NCBI GenBank assembly: GCA_964439625.1
Contig: CAYTPI010000001.1
Span: 4,948-68,947, forward strand
Source of the DNA: an uncultured Anaerolineae bacterium
GTDB taxonomy: Bacteria > Chloroflexota > Anaerolineae > Aggregatilineales > UBA3940
Length of the DNA: 64,000 nt
Direction of reading: 5' to 3'
The notes under the pieces are model-generated. The model was not told where the DNA came from, made no database searches, and saw only the letters and a list, made by a program, of their open reading frames with translations. The position numbers were made by a program, and so were the translations under genes. Every line of letters starts with the position of its first letter. Within the stretch, counting starts at the first letter, position 1. Of this stretch, positions 9,171 to 17,852 are shown in pieces.

Positions 9171-10646
9171 ATGGCAAAAGAAATCATCATGCCACGTTTC
9201 GGCATGACACAAGAAGAAGCGACCATCGTTGCATGGATGGTTCAAGAAGGTGACTACGTCGATCAGGACGACCCCATCGCCGAAGTTACGACGGATAAAG
9301 TCAACATGGAAGTCGAAGCACCGGCCTCAGGCTACCTTGGTGGTCTACGTTATGCCGAGGGCGATACCGTCCCGGTGACGGTAATCATCGGCTACATTCT
9401 TGAAGAGGGTGAAGAAGCGCCAGCGCCATCCGCAGATGAAGCGGTACCAACGGCCCAGATGGGAGACGGCTCCACTATGGAAGCCGCTGCACCACCTCCT
9501 CAAGCAGAACAAGTGCCTGCCGCTGTTGTTACGACAGGGCCAACGGTTGCAACACCCGTTGCCCGACGGATGGCAGAGGTTGAAGGCGTTGACATATCAC
9601 AGATAGATGGTAGCGGGCCCGGTGGTAAAGTCACGCGGGAAGATGTCGAACGCGCTCTGACCGGTGAAGAGGTTCGCACCAATGGACATGCGCAAAATGG
9701 CGTCGTGTCTGATGGCCGGACCCGTGCAACGCCTGCTGCCCGCCGTGCTGCCCGCGAGCAGGGCATTGACCTAGCAACTGTGTCGGGTACAGGCCCAAGG
9801 GGTCGCATTCAAGAAGATGATGTTTATGGCGCAGCAGAACGCCTAGAGGCCGAACCTGCCGTTCCGCCGAGAGTGGCCCCGGCTGCCGGTGCACCGCGCC
9901 CGATCCCTGCTTACGTCCCGACTATGCCCGCAGAACTGCCTGAAGGGGCTGAGGTTATGGCGCTAGAGGGTATGCGCCGCACTATTGCCACCCGCCTACA
10001 GTCTAGCTATCAGCAAGCACCGCACATCTACCTAACGCTGGATATTGACATGACAGAGGCCATTGCTTTCCGTAAGTATGCTAACGAACAGGCCACGGCA
10101 GAGGGTCAGCGCATCTCGATGACCGCGGTGATCGCCAAAGCAGTGGCTTGGGCCTTGCGTGAAAATCCATCGATGAATAGCCACTTCTATGAGACAGATG
10201 ACGGTGGCGCAGTTGTCGCTATGCCACAGATCAACCTTGGTATCGCGGTCGCCCTTGATGAGGGGTTGATCGTCCCAGTCATTGCTGATGCGGATCAGAA
10301 GGGCCTCCGTGAACTCGGCGCACAGGTCACTGATGTGGCAGGACGCGCTCGTGCTGGGCGCCTACGTCCGTCAGACATGAGTGGTGGTACCTTCACCATT
10401 AGTAACCTCGGTATGTTTGGCATTAGTCACTTTACGGCGATTCTGAACCCGCCAGAGGTTGGTATTCTGGCTGTTGGTCAGACGGCGTATCGCTTCGTGC
10501 CGGACGACAACGGTGACCCTGTTGCTCGCCCCATGATGACTGTCACACTTTCAGCCGACCACCGCGTCATTGATGGTGCACAGGGGGCACAGTTCTTGCA
10601 GACCTTGCAGAAAGCACTGCAACAGCCTGCCACCATCTTGCTCTAG
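9171..10646 (+). CDS. dihydrolipoamide acyltransferase E2 (one lipoyl domain, two peripheral-subunit-binding domains, catalytic domain)
   Basis: Lipoyl-lysine motif EVTTDKVNMEVEA. Two PSBD-like segments: ATPVARRMAEVEGVDISQIDGSGPGGKVTREDV and ATPAARRAAREQGIDLATVSGTGPRGRIQEDDV. Catalytic SADHRVIDGA. Confidence 0.9.
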   Translation: MAKEIIMPRFGMTQEEATIVAWMVQEGDYVDQDDPIAEVTTDKVNMEVEAPASGYLGGLRYAEGDTVPVTVIIGYILEEGEEAPAPSADEAVPTAQMGDGSTMEAAAPPPQAEQVPAAVVTTGPTVATPVARRMAEVEGVDISQIDGSGPGGKVTREDVERALTGEEVRTNGHAQNGVVSDGRTRATPAARRAAREQGIDLATVSGTGPRGRIQEDDVYGAAERLEAEPAVPPRVAPAAGAPRPIPAYVPTMPAELPEGAEVMALEGMRRTIATRLQSSYQQAPHIYLTLDIDMTEAIAFRKYANEQATAEGQRISMTAVIAKAVAWALRENPSMNSHFYETDDGGAVVAMPQINLGIAVALDEGLIVPVIADADQKGLRELGAQVTDVAGRARAGRLRPSDMSGGTFTISNLGMFGISHFTAILNPPEVGILAVGQTAYRFVPDDNGDPVARPMMTVTLSADHRVIDGAQGAQFLQTLQKALQQPATILL

Positions 10647-10673
10647 CATAAGAAATATCATTACCTCTAAAAT

Positions 10674-10703
10674 GCCCCCTCTCTCCGATTGGGGGCGTTT
10701 TTT
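10674..10703 (+). terminator. rho-independent terminator after E2
   Basis: GCCCCC (10674-10679) pairs with GGGGGC (10691-10696), followed by GTTTTTTG. Confidence 0.8.
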
Positions 10704-10764
10704 GTGGCGCACTATCCCGAAAATTGGGTTGGAGAGGTTGTCGAGCTTTGGGTAGTCTTCGGTT

Positions 10765-11496
10765 ATGCCTTCGATCAATATTGTGCTCCCTGTCGTTGCC
10801 ATCTTCGCAGTGGCTCTTTTTGTGCGTTCATCTCTCGGTTTTGGCGATGCGCTGATCGCCATGCCGCTGCTGTCACTGATTGTCGATGTTCAGACGGCGA
10901 CCCCGCTTGTTGCCCTTGTTGGCATCAGTATGGCGATAGGCATTCTGTTCAGCAGTTGGCGCGAAGTGGATTTAAGCGCCGCGTGGCGTCTAATTATTGC
11001 TTCCGCCTTTGGCATCCCAATTGGTCTCTATTTGCTAACCAACGTCAGTGAGGTGTACGTGCTGGTGCTGCTTGGAGTCATCCTGATTGGCTACGGAGTC
11101 TATAATTTAGCGGACTTTAGCTTGTTTGAGATCAAAAATGAGCGCTATGCTTTTATGGTCGGCTTTTTCGCGGGTATTTTTGGTGGTGCCTATAACACCA
11201 ACGGCCCCCCAATTGTGATCTATGGCTCGATGCGTCGTTGGTCCCCGGAGTTATTCAGAGCGACCCTCCAAGCCTACTTCATCTCCATCAGTGCTTTGAT
11301 TGTGGTAGGGCATGGCTTGGCTGGGTTGTGGACGCCTACCGTCCTCTCGCTGTTTGCAATGCTGCTGCCGCTGGCAGTCCTGATGGTGTTCGCAGGGAAG
11401 CTGGCAATTAAGTGGCTGCCACAAGCTGCTTTTCGCCGCATTGTATACATTTTCCTAGTTGTAATCGGTGTTGTCATGATTATACGCGTGCTCTAA
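10765..11496 (+). CDS. TauE/SafE (TSUP) family anion exporter
   Basis: 243 aa with about 7-8 TM helices. GFGDALIAMPLL and GGAYNTNGPPIVIYG are typical of DUF81/TSUP permeases. Confidence 0.8.
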   Translation: MPSINIVLPVVAIFAVALFVRSSLGFGDALIAMPLLSLIVDVQTATPLVALVGISMAIGILFSSWREVDLSAAWRLIIASAFGIPIGLYLLTNVSEVYVLVLLGVILIGYGVYNLADFSLFEIKNERYAFMVGFFAGIFGGAYNTNGPPIVIYGSMRRWSPELFRATLQAYFISISALIVVGHGLAGLWTPTVLSLFAMLLPLAVLMVFAGKLAIKWLPQAAFRRIVYIFLVVIGVVMIIRVL

Positions 11497-11590
11497 CCCA
11501 GCAGGGCGGTTTGACAGAAGCCCTCCCGCCCGGTAGATTGCATCTATTAAACGTCAACTCAGCAACCTGCTCACTTATCAAGCGATTCTA

Positions 11591-13351
11591 ATGGAACCAA
11601 ACCAAGCGCCGTCTCTGCCTGTTCTCTTTCTCCGTCTACTGATTTCATCACTAATTGCCGCGCCGATGCTCTGGGTTAGCTACACGCTGAACTTGGGGGC
11701 AGCATGGTATATGTTTCTGACGACGGGCATCTTCATCTCGTTAACCAGCAGCAACCCTATGCCTGGTGCTGAACGTAACCCACCTTGGATGGCAGTCTTC
11801 GCGGCTTGTGTGGCGACGGGCTTTGTCTTCTACGTGACGCTTGAGACCCCCGACCGCGTCGTCTCATTGGTGGCTGCCGTTCTGACGTTTGGTATTCTCT
11901 ACGGCCTGAGTTACATCTACCCGCGTGAAGACGCACCGACGAACTTGACAATGGCTGCCGTCAGTGTGGGCTTGACGCTGTTGCTTAGTAACGTTCTGGC
12001 AGGTGTCTACCTCCGCGCCGGTGAGCAGGCCAATGCAGCCGAACCTACCTCTGCGCCAGAGGTTGAGCCAGCAATCCCAAGCGAAGACGTGCCATCAGTT
12101 GAAGAAGCACCTATCGAAGAGACAGAGACGCCTGCGGAAGAGTCAACCCCGAAGCCTGAACCGGAGCTAACGGAACTCCCGGACGAGGTGGTTGAGCCTG
12201 AGCCAGAAACTGAGGAGGCTGCCACTGACCAGCCCATACCAGGCTGGGGCTATCAGGAGTTCATTGAGGACGGGGGCGAGGTCTCGTGGAATTACCTGAC
12301 AGGCTTTGGGCCACGAGCCAACACGCTCGTGCGGAACTATATGGTTGATGCTAACGGAGAGATGGTCTACGACACCACCGTGCGTTATAACGAATATGGT
12401 ATGCGCGGCCTGGCAGTGCCCTATGAAAAACCAGATGACACTTACCGCATCCTGATCATCGGTGACTCTTTTGTCGAGGCCATTCAAGCCGACTATGAAG
12501 ACACGTTTCCAGCGGTGTTGCAGTCTCAACTAAATGATGCCGCAGTCGAGCAACGCTTTGAGGTGATCGCCATGGGGCGCACGGGTTGGGGTACCTTGCA
12601 TGAATACCTATTCTACCATCATAAAGGGCACAAGTTCAACGCTGACTTAGTTGTGTTGAGTTTTTTCATCAATGATGTGGCGGATAACTACCCGATCTTC
12701 TTCTACCCTGGTATTAACAACACCAATTTTGAATTTGTGTTCACTGAAGAGTCGCTGCAAATCGTGGATACCAATCAGCAGCCGCTGCCACCGAATGCGA
12801 CACGTATTCTATACAATGCGCTGCCGTCGTTTTTGCGGAACAGCGCCTTGGCCCGGCTGGGCGCCCGCATTGGCGACCCGCCTATCCCAGTGATCACGCC
12901 GGGTACCGTTCTCGAACGCGTGCACCCGCAGTACTACATCTACGTGACGGAGCCGGAAGTTGAGGGCTATGCCGAAGCCTGGGAGCGCACCGAGCGCGGC
13001 ATTCAACTGCTCGCCGATGAAGTCCAAGCCAATGGTGGTCAACTGGTGATTATGCCGATTTTTCTTGGCAGCGAGCAGGTCGCAAACGTGAGCACATGGT
13101 GGCCTGAGCTGGTCGAAGGCTGGCAGTGGGATGATACATTGCCGGAGCAAACGCTGGCAGAGATCGCAGACCGTACTGGCGCCGACCTCGCCTTGACGCG
13201 CCCAGTCTATGAGGCTTACGCTGATGAGGTCGATGGGCAAGTCTACGACCTTATCTATCTGCCGGAGGATGGGCATTTTAATGCGCTTGGGCACCAACTG
13301 ACGGCTGACGTACTCTTCCAGTATCTGGTGGAGGCCGGGGTGGTCGAGTAG
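11591..13351 (+). CDS. membrane-anchored SGNH/GDSL-like hydrolase
   Basis: N-terminal polytopic TM region, E/P-rich acidic linker, then RILIIGDSFVEA (block I) and EDGHFNALGHQ (block V). Confidence 0.65.
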   Translation: MEPNQAPSLPVLFLRLLISSLIAAPMLWVSYTLNLGAAWYMFLTTGIFISLTSSNPMPGAERNPPWMAVFAACVATGFVFYVTLETPDRVVSLVAAVLTFGILYGLSYIYPREDAPTNLTMAAVSVGLTLLLSNVLAGVYLRAGEQANAAEPTSAPEVEPAIPSEDVPSVEEAPIEETETPAEESTPKPEPELTELPDEVVEPEPETEEAATDQPIPGWGYQEFIEDGGEVSWNYLTGFGPRANTLVRNYMVDANGEMVYDTTVRYNEYGMRGLAVPYEKPDDTYRILIIGDSFVEAIQADYEDTFPAVLQSQLNDAAVEQRFEVIAMGRTGWGTLHEYLFYHHKGHKFNADLVVLSFFINDVADNYPIFFYPGINNTNFEFVFTEESLQIVDTNQQPLPPNATRILYNALPSFLRNSALARLGARIGDPPIPVITPGTVLERVHPQYYIYVTEPEVEGYAEAWERTERGIQLLADEVQANGGQLVIMPIFLGSEQVANVSTWWPELVEGWQWDDTLPEQTLAEIADRTGADLALTRPVYEAYADEVDGQVYDLIYLPEDGHFNALGHQLTADVLFQYLVEAGVVE

Positions 13352-13357
13352 GGTGGT

Positions 13358-14026
13358 GTGGGGCACAATCAACTTATGCCAAAACGACAGTTGCGCTACA
13401 AACCATACCCTGATCAGGAAGAAAGCTGGCCCAAGCGAGGACGGCATGTCATCCTGCAATATGACCGTGAAACCATCGTCTTTTACGATTCTTGTCGCGC
13501 TGTCGTCGCTGATAAAGCAGTCGAAACGCAACAGGTCGCTGCTCGCGGCAGTGACCCAGATAAACCATTTTGGTTAAAACTGAGCTTTCTCTACACGATG
13601 GCTCGGTCTAACTGGAGTAAGACGCAAGGGCAAGACCGAACGCTGGCACATTGGGCCAGCCATGCTCTGCTGTTAAGCTGGCTTAAGACTGCCATCCATG
13701 TGAATTACCTATCGCAAGTCTATGAGAGTGAAGCGCAGTGGCGTAGAGCCAAAGACGCGGCTGATGTGCTGATAGACTGGTCACCTGACCATCTGCCAAA
13801 TGGACAGCCTTTGGCTCGTCGTACGCTCCAAATTGGCTTACGCCATGCGGCCCTAAACGCACTTAACGCTGACACACTTTTGACTATTATGGATATCACC
13901 GGCTACGTGCAGGAGCAGGCCAGCTTCAGGCGGAAGTACGAAAGTGATCTGCTGTTGACTCCCTATGAACGCATTTTTCCTGTAAAAGATACGGGCATCA
14001 AGGCTCGGCTGGGGATAAGGTCTTAG
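13358..14026 (+). CDS. DUF4291-like protein
   Basis: ILQYDRETIVFY, FWLKLSFLYTMARSNW, LIDWSPDHLP...RTLQIGLR and IMDITGYV match my recollection of the DUF4291 family. No search was run. Confidence 0.5.
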   Translation: MGHNQLMPKRQLRYKPYPDQEESWPKRGRHVILQYDRETIVFYDSCRAVVADKAVETQQVAARGSDPDKPFWLKLSFLYTMARSNWSKTQGQDRTLAHWASHALLLSWLKTAIHVNYLSQVYESEAQWRRAKDAADVLIDWSPDHLPNGQPLARRTLQIGLRHAALNALNADTLLTIMDITGYVQEQASFRRKYESDLLLTPYERIFPVKDTGIKARLGIRS

Positions 14027-14031
14027 TACAT

Positions 14032-14457
14032 ATGGGGTCTATTGACGTATTCCTGAGTTGCAAAAAGCCGATCAACCAAATTCATTATGCGCTGCTGTCG
14101 CTTTTCCCCGGACTTGACCAAGACCGGGCATTGACAGTTTATGCTGATGAAGACCAACCTCTGCGCGCAGGCTTGGAGATGGTCTGCTATATTGAACGCC
14201 TCCGCGCAGGTGAGTATCCCTTGGGGTTGACGCTGTTTGTAGACGATGTACATGACCCACCCGATTGGTTTGACCTCGCTGCGGATATCGCACAGCGGAT
14301 TGGCTGCCCAGTGATTTCTTATATTGGCTATGACGCTGACAACCCCTACTTCGCCTATCTGATCACCAATCGTGACGTATACCAGCAAGTACTGCTTGAT
14401 GAGATTCTCTTCACCGATGAGAATAGGCCCGGCCTTGAAGTTGAAGAGTACCTTTAG
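14032..14457 (+). CDS. hypothetical 141-aa cytoplasmic protein
   Basis: Starts 5 bp after the previous stop. Its TAG is immediately followed by the next ATG. No motif recognised. Confidence 0.55.
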   Translation: MGSIDVFLSCKKPINQIHYALLSLFPGLDQDRALTVYADEDQPLRAGLEMVCYIERLRAGEYPLGLTLFVDDVHDPPDWFDLAADIAQRIGCPVISYIGYDADNPYFAYLITNRDVYQQVLLDEILFTDENRPGLEVEEYL

Positions 14458-15246
14458 ATGAGCCCCGACCAACTCAGCATGATTGACCTCACCCAGCCGC
14501 CCCCTGGGCCGTTTGCGCCGTGGGTGCTGCCTGCTAGCCATCTTGATGTAACTAACGATGGTTGGCGCTTCATTAATGATGCGACGAAGGCAGGGTATAC
14601 CGACGCTCAGATCGACGACTATCAAGGTTTAAAGCGGCGTCACTTTCCCGCCAGCCCACCGCTGAAATTGACGGTGCGGGCGCGTTTCTCGCATGAGGCT
14701 GGTCAGCTAAAAGGGACGGCAGGCTTTGGCTTTTGGAATGACCCCTTTGTGATGACGGATAAGCGACCACCAGCCCTGCCACGTGCTGTCTGGTTTTTTT
14801 ATGGGTCTGAGGAGAGTAATCTGAAGTTGGCGCGAGACGTGCCCGGCAATGGTTGGAAGGCCGCCACGGTCGATGCCCTGCGCTTGCCGTTCTTTTTACT
14901 AGCGCCGACTGCCCCGTTGGCAGTGCCCTTGATGAACATCATGCCGCTGTACCGTAGATTATGGCCCATCGGGCAGCGGGCGCTAGGTGTTCATGAAACT
15001 GCTCTCGATACACCCATGACGGAGTGGCACACCTATCAAATCAACTGGCAACCCGACCAGGTGCATTTTCTGGTTGATGATGTGCTCAAGCTAGAAGCGC
15101 CCATTGCGATCAACGGGCGGCTTGGCTTTGTGATGTGGCTCGATAACCAAGCGATGACCGCGACCCCCTGGGGGCGTTTCGCATGGCATACGGTGTCATT
15201 GGCGCAACCCCAATGGATGGAAGTCAGCCAGTTAACGTTTGGATAG
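14458..15246 (+). CDS. hypothetical protein with ConA-like / GH16-like jelly-roll features
   Basis: GFGFWNDPF and WHTYQINWQPDQVHFLVDDV resemble the GH16/LamG fold signature. No ExDxxE catalytic motif seen. Confidence 0.55.
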   Translation: MSPDQLSMIDLTQPPPGPFAPWVLPASHLDVTNDGWRFINDATKAGYTDAQIDDYQGLKRRHFPASPPLKLTVRARFSHEAGQLKGTAGFGFWNDPFVMTDKRPPALPRAVWFFYGSEESNLKLARDVPGNGWKAATVDALRLPFFLLAPTAPLAVPLMNIMPLYRRLWPIGQRALGVHETALDTPMTEWHTYQINWQPDQVHFLVDDVLKLEAPIAINGRLGFVMWLDNQAMTATPWGRFAWHTVSLAQPQWMEVSQLTFG

Positions 15247-15254
15247 CACGTATG

Positions 15255-15377
15255 TTAGCGGCGGCGCTTGCTGCGGTCGTCACTCATACGGTCAGCAAAC
15301 TTGTCAACACCTTCTTGTACGACGTTCATCACTGCTGTCACAATATTTTCTAGAAATGCTATCAATATCTTTACCAT
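15255..15377 (-). CDS. candidate 40-aa small protein (MVKILIAFLENIVTAVMNVVQEGVDKFADRMSDDRSKRRR)
   Basis: ATG 15377 preceded by AAGGAA about 9 nt upstream. Amphipathic helix plus a basic tail. Below the ORF-track cut-off. No homology evidence. Confidence 0.2.
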   Translation of the reverse strand: MVKILIAFLENIVTAVMNVVQEGVDKFADRMSDDRSKRRR

Positions 15378-15454
15378 GATTGTTGTTCCTTCTGCCGTCT
15401 AAGACGAGCGATTCAAGATAAATCTATTATACATGACCTTTAGGCCAGCTACGA

Positions 15455-17527
15455 TCATTGGATTTCGATCAAGCAGCGGAAGCCGTTTTGCCCATCACGT
15501 CCGCCGGGGTTTAAGCCAGTGCGGACGCTGGCGCGTGTTCCGTATGCGTCTTGGCTGAATGCACCACCCCGCAGGATGCGGTTATCAACAATATCCAACG
15601 ATTCGCGTCCATCATCAGGGTTGTAGGGGTAAGCTGAGACTCGGCTGAGCGTCCACTCCCAGACGTTACCGCTCATATCAACAGCACCGACCCAACTGGC
15701 TCCACCACGCGTGCCAACGTCACCAGGGCCTGCTGCACCAGCATTGGCATCGTGGAAAATCTGATCACCGTCAAAGGTGTTGCCCCACGGGTATTCTAGG
15801 CTGTCTGGGCCGCGTGCTGCCCACTCCCATTCATCCTCAGCCGGAAGACGTCCGCCACGTGCCTCACAATGCCTCTGGGCCTCGAACCAGTCAACCGCAT
15901 TCGCTGGGCGCTGTGGGCCGGGGAATGCGTCTGGATTGGGCCCAAAGTCTTGATTGGTGACTTCTGTGACATCAATCCAAAAGGGCTCTTGGATGCAGAT
16001 ATCAAAGATCGGTTTCTCGGAGTCGCGTCCGCCTGCATCGCCCATAGTGAAACAACCGATTGGCACTAAGGCCATATCGACGTTGGCAAACGTTTGAATA
16101 ACCGGCGTCCAGCCTGCGTTGCGCTCAATTCGCGTGCGTGCGGCTGCTAGTGGGTCTGGCGTGGCTGTTGGCCCAAGGGTTGGTTCGACGAGGTCATTGG
16201 TTGGCACCGCTGCGGAAGCTGTTGCTTCGACGGCTCCAATTGCGGTGGGGGCTGTGGTTGCAGTCGGTGCTGGGCCAGCGTCAGTGGTTTCGGTGACAGG
16301 TGCTGCGGTTGCCGTTGGCTCTGAGAAAATAGACAACTCTGTGAACAAGTCCGGCATGAGGATGCCGAGCACACCTACGCCGATCAGCATCAAGGCCAGC
16401 AACCCGATGACTGCGGTAGCAAACGTGTCTGAGCCGCTCCGCTTATTCTTCCTAGGCTTGCCTTCTGCGGGAGCAGAAATCACAACAGGGCTTTGCTTGG
16501 TCGCTTGTTGTGATGGCGGACGTGCTGGCTCGACCAGCGGCTGCGTATTGACGCCTTCATAGCCTAACTGCTCTGGTGGTAGTTCAGTTGTGTTGTCAAT
16601 CGACCTTGATTGATCGAGTAGGGTGTCGTAGATTGGGCTTGTGCGAGAGACAACATCTCGTCCGGCAAGGGCATTTTCAAGGTCTTTCGCTAAGTCGATG
16701 GCATTCTGGTAGCGTTGACGAGGGTCTTTCGCAAGCGACTTTTGCACCACATACTCGATGGCCTCTGGCAGTTCTGGTCGCACAGTTCGGACGTTTGGGA
16801 TGGCTTGCGTCAAGTGCCCAAGCATTACTTGGGCGGGAGTCTCACCGACGAAGGGGCGCACACCTGCCAGCATCTCATAGATCGTAATGCCCAAGGCGTA
16901 AATGTCGGTCGCTGTGGTCAATTTGCCACCTTCAAACATTTCCGGGGCCATGTATGACGGGGTTCCTACAACGCTGCTGCCCGTCAAGGCTGTCGTGGAT
17001 TTCGAGATGTGGGCAATACCAAAGTCCGACAGATGCAGGTTGTTCTCCGCATCGAGCAGCATGTTGCCGGGTTTTAGGTCACGGTGAATAATGCCGTAAC
17101 GGTGGGCATAATCCAACCCCTCAGCGATCTGGCGCGTATAGCGCATCAGTTTTGCCGTCGAGAGCTTGTCAGCACTGATGACGGCCTCGAGGGTTCCACC
17201 CGCCATGTAGGCCATCACAATATAGAGAACGTCATCAAACTTCCCGAAGTCGTAGACGGGCAGCACCCGCGGGTGTTGAAGGTTGGCGATGGTCTGTACT
17301 TCGCGCTCAAAGCGCTTGACGAAGGTGTCGTCCGCAGCCATGTAGCTGTGCAGCACTTTGATCGCCACTTGCCGCTTGATGTTGGTTTGCTCACCGATGT
17401 AGACCTGCGCCATGCCGCCCCGCCCAATGACGTTGCCGACTTTGTAGCGCCCGATGACCTGCCCGGTTAACTGCCCAGATTTGCCTACTGACACGTTATT
17501 TGCACCTTTGCCTGTTGGTTCTTTCAT
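15455..17527 (-). CDS. Ser/Thr protein kinase with one TM and an extracytoplasmic FGE-sulfatase (SUMF1, C-type-lectin-like) domain
   Basis: Hanks motifs GRGGMAQVY, AIK, HRDLKPGNMLL, DFGIA, GTPSYMAPE. TM VIGLLALMLIGVGVLGILM. FGE domain FWIDVTEVTN, RLPAEDEWEWAARG, GNVWEWT, RGGAF, GFRC. Confidence 0.9.
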   Translation of the reverse strand: MKEPTGKGANNVSVGKSGQLTGQVIGRYKVGNVIGRGGMAQVYIGEQTNIKRQVAIKVLHSYMAADDTFVKRFEREVQTIANLQHPRVLPVYDFGKFDDVLYIVMAYMAGGTLEAVISADKLSTAKLMRYTRQIAEGLDYAHRYGIIHRDLKPGNMLLDAENNLHLSDFGIAHISKSTTALTGSSVVGTPSYMAPEMFEGGKLTTATDIYALGITIYEMLAGVRPFVGETPAQVMLGHLTQAIPNVRTVRPELPEAIEYVVQKSLAKDPRQRYQNAIDLAKDLENALAGRDVVSRTSPIYDTLLDQSRSIDNTTELPPEQLGYEGVNTQPLVEPARPPSQQATKQSPVVISAPAEGKPRKNKRSGSDTFATAVIGLLALMLIGVGVLGILMPDLFTELSIFSEPTATAAPVTETTDAGPAPTATTAPTAIGAVEATASAAVPTNDLVEPTLGPTATPDPLAAARTRIERNAGWTPVIQTFANVDMALVPIGCFTMGDAGGRDSEKPIFDICIQEPFWIDVTEVTNQDFGPNPDAFPGPQRPANAVDWFEAQRHCEARGGRLPAEDEWEWAARGPDSLEYPWGNTFDGDQIFHDANAGAAGPGDVGTRGGASWVGAVDMSGNVWEWTLSRVSAYPYNPDDGRESLDIVDNRILRGGAFSQDAYGTRASVRTGLNPGGRDGQNGFRCLIEIQ

Positions 17528-17660
17528 ACATAGCCCATCACTGACTATTGTAATGGGTGCCTACATCCGAGCCAAGAACCATATATAAGGTTGGGGAATG
17601 TGTCAGTTATTTGACCAGACCGCGAGCGCAGCAGTAACATGACCCCAAAGGGGAGTAACA

Positions 17661-17852
17661 ATGTCTACTTATCAAATTGTCATCTCAATTATTTTGATCG
17701 TTGGGTGCGCTGGTGTCGTTATTTACCTGATGCCTATCTGGAAGCACAGCAAGGGGTGGGGGTATACCCGCGCTAGCCGTGCATCGTTGGTGCTATCTTT
17801 ATTGATCACCATGGTGTTAATCGCTTGGTTTCAGGGGCGCATGGGGCCTTAA
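17661..17852 (+). CDS. small two-TM membrane protein
   Basis: GGGGAG SD 6 nt before ATG 17661. Two hydrophobic helices. No homology recognised. Confidence 0.4.
   Translation: MSTYQIVISIILIVGCAGVVIYLMPIWKHSKGWGYTRASRASLVLSLLITMVLIAWFQGRMGP

Noticed and set aside
12809-13531. 240-aa - strand ORF over the end of the SGNH hydrolase gene
   Set aside because: It is antisense to a gene with clear GDS and DGH blocks. It is Arg/Leu/Pro-rich like typical shadow ORFs.
14023-14625. 200-aa - strand ORF across the 141-aa / 262-aa gene junction
   Set aside because: It overlaps two tightly coupled + strand genes. It has no SD and an odd composition. The + strand genes have the better starts and the jelly-roll motif.
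15455-15620. Diversity-generating retroelement targeting the FGE-type C-terminal domain of the kinase
   Set aside because: No reverse transcriptase gene, no template repeat and no adenine-specific mismatch pattern were found anywhere in the window.
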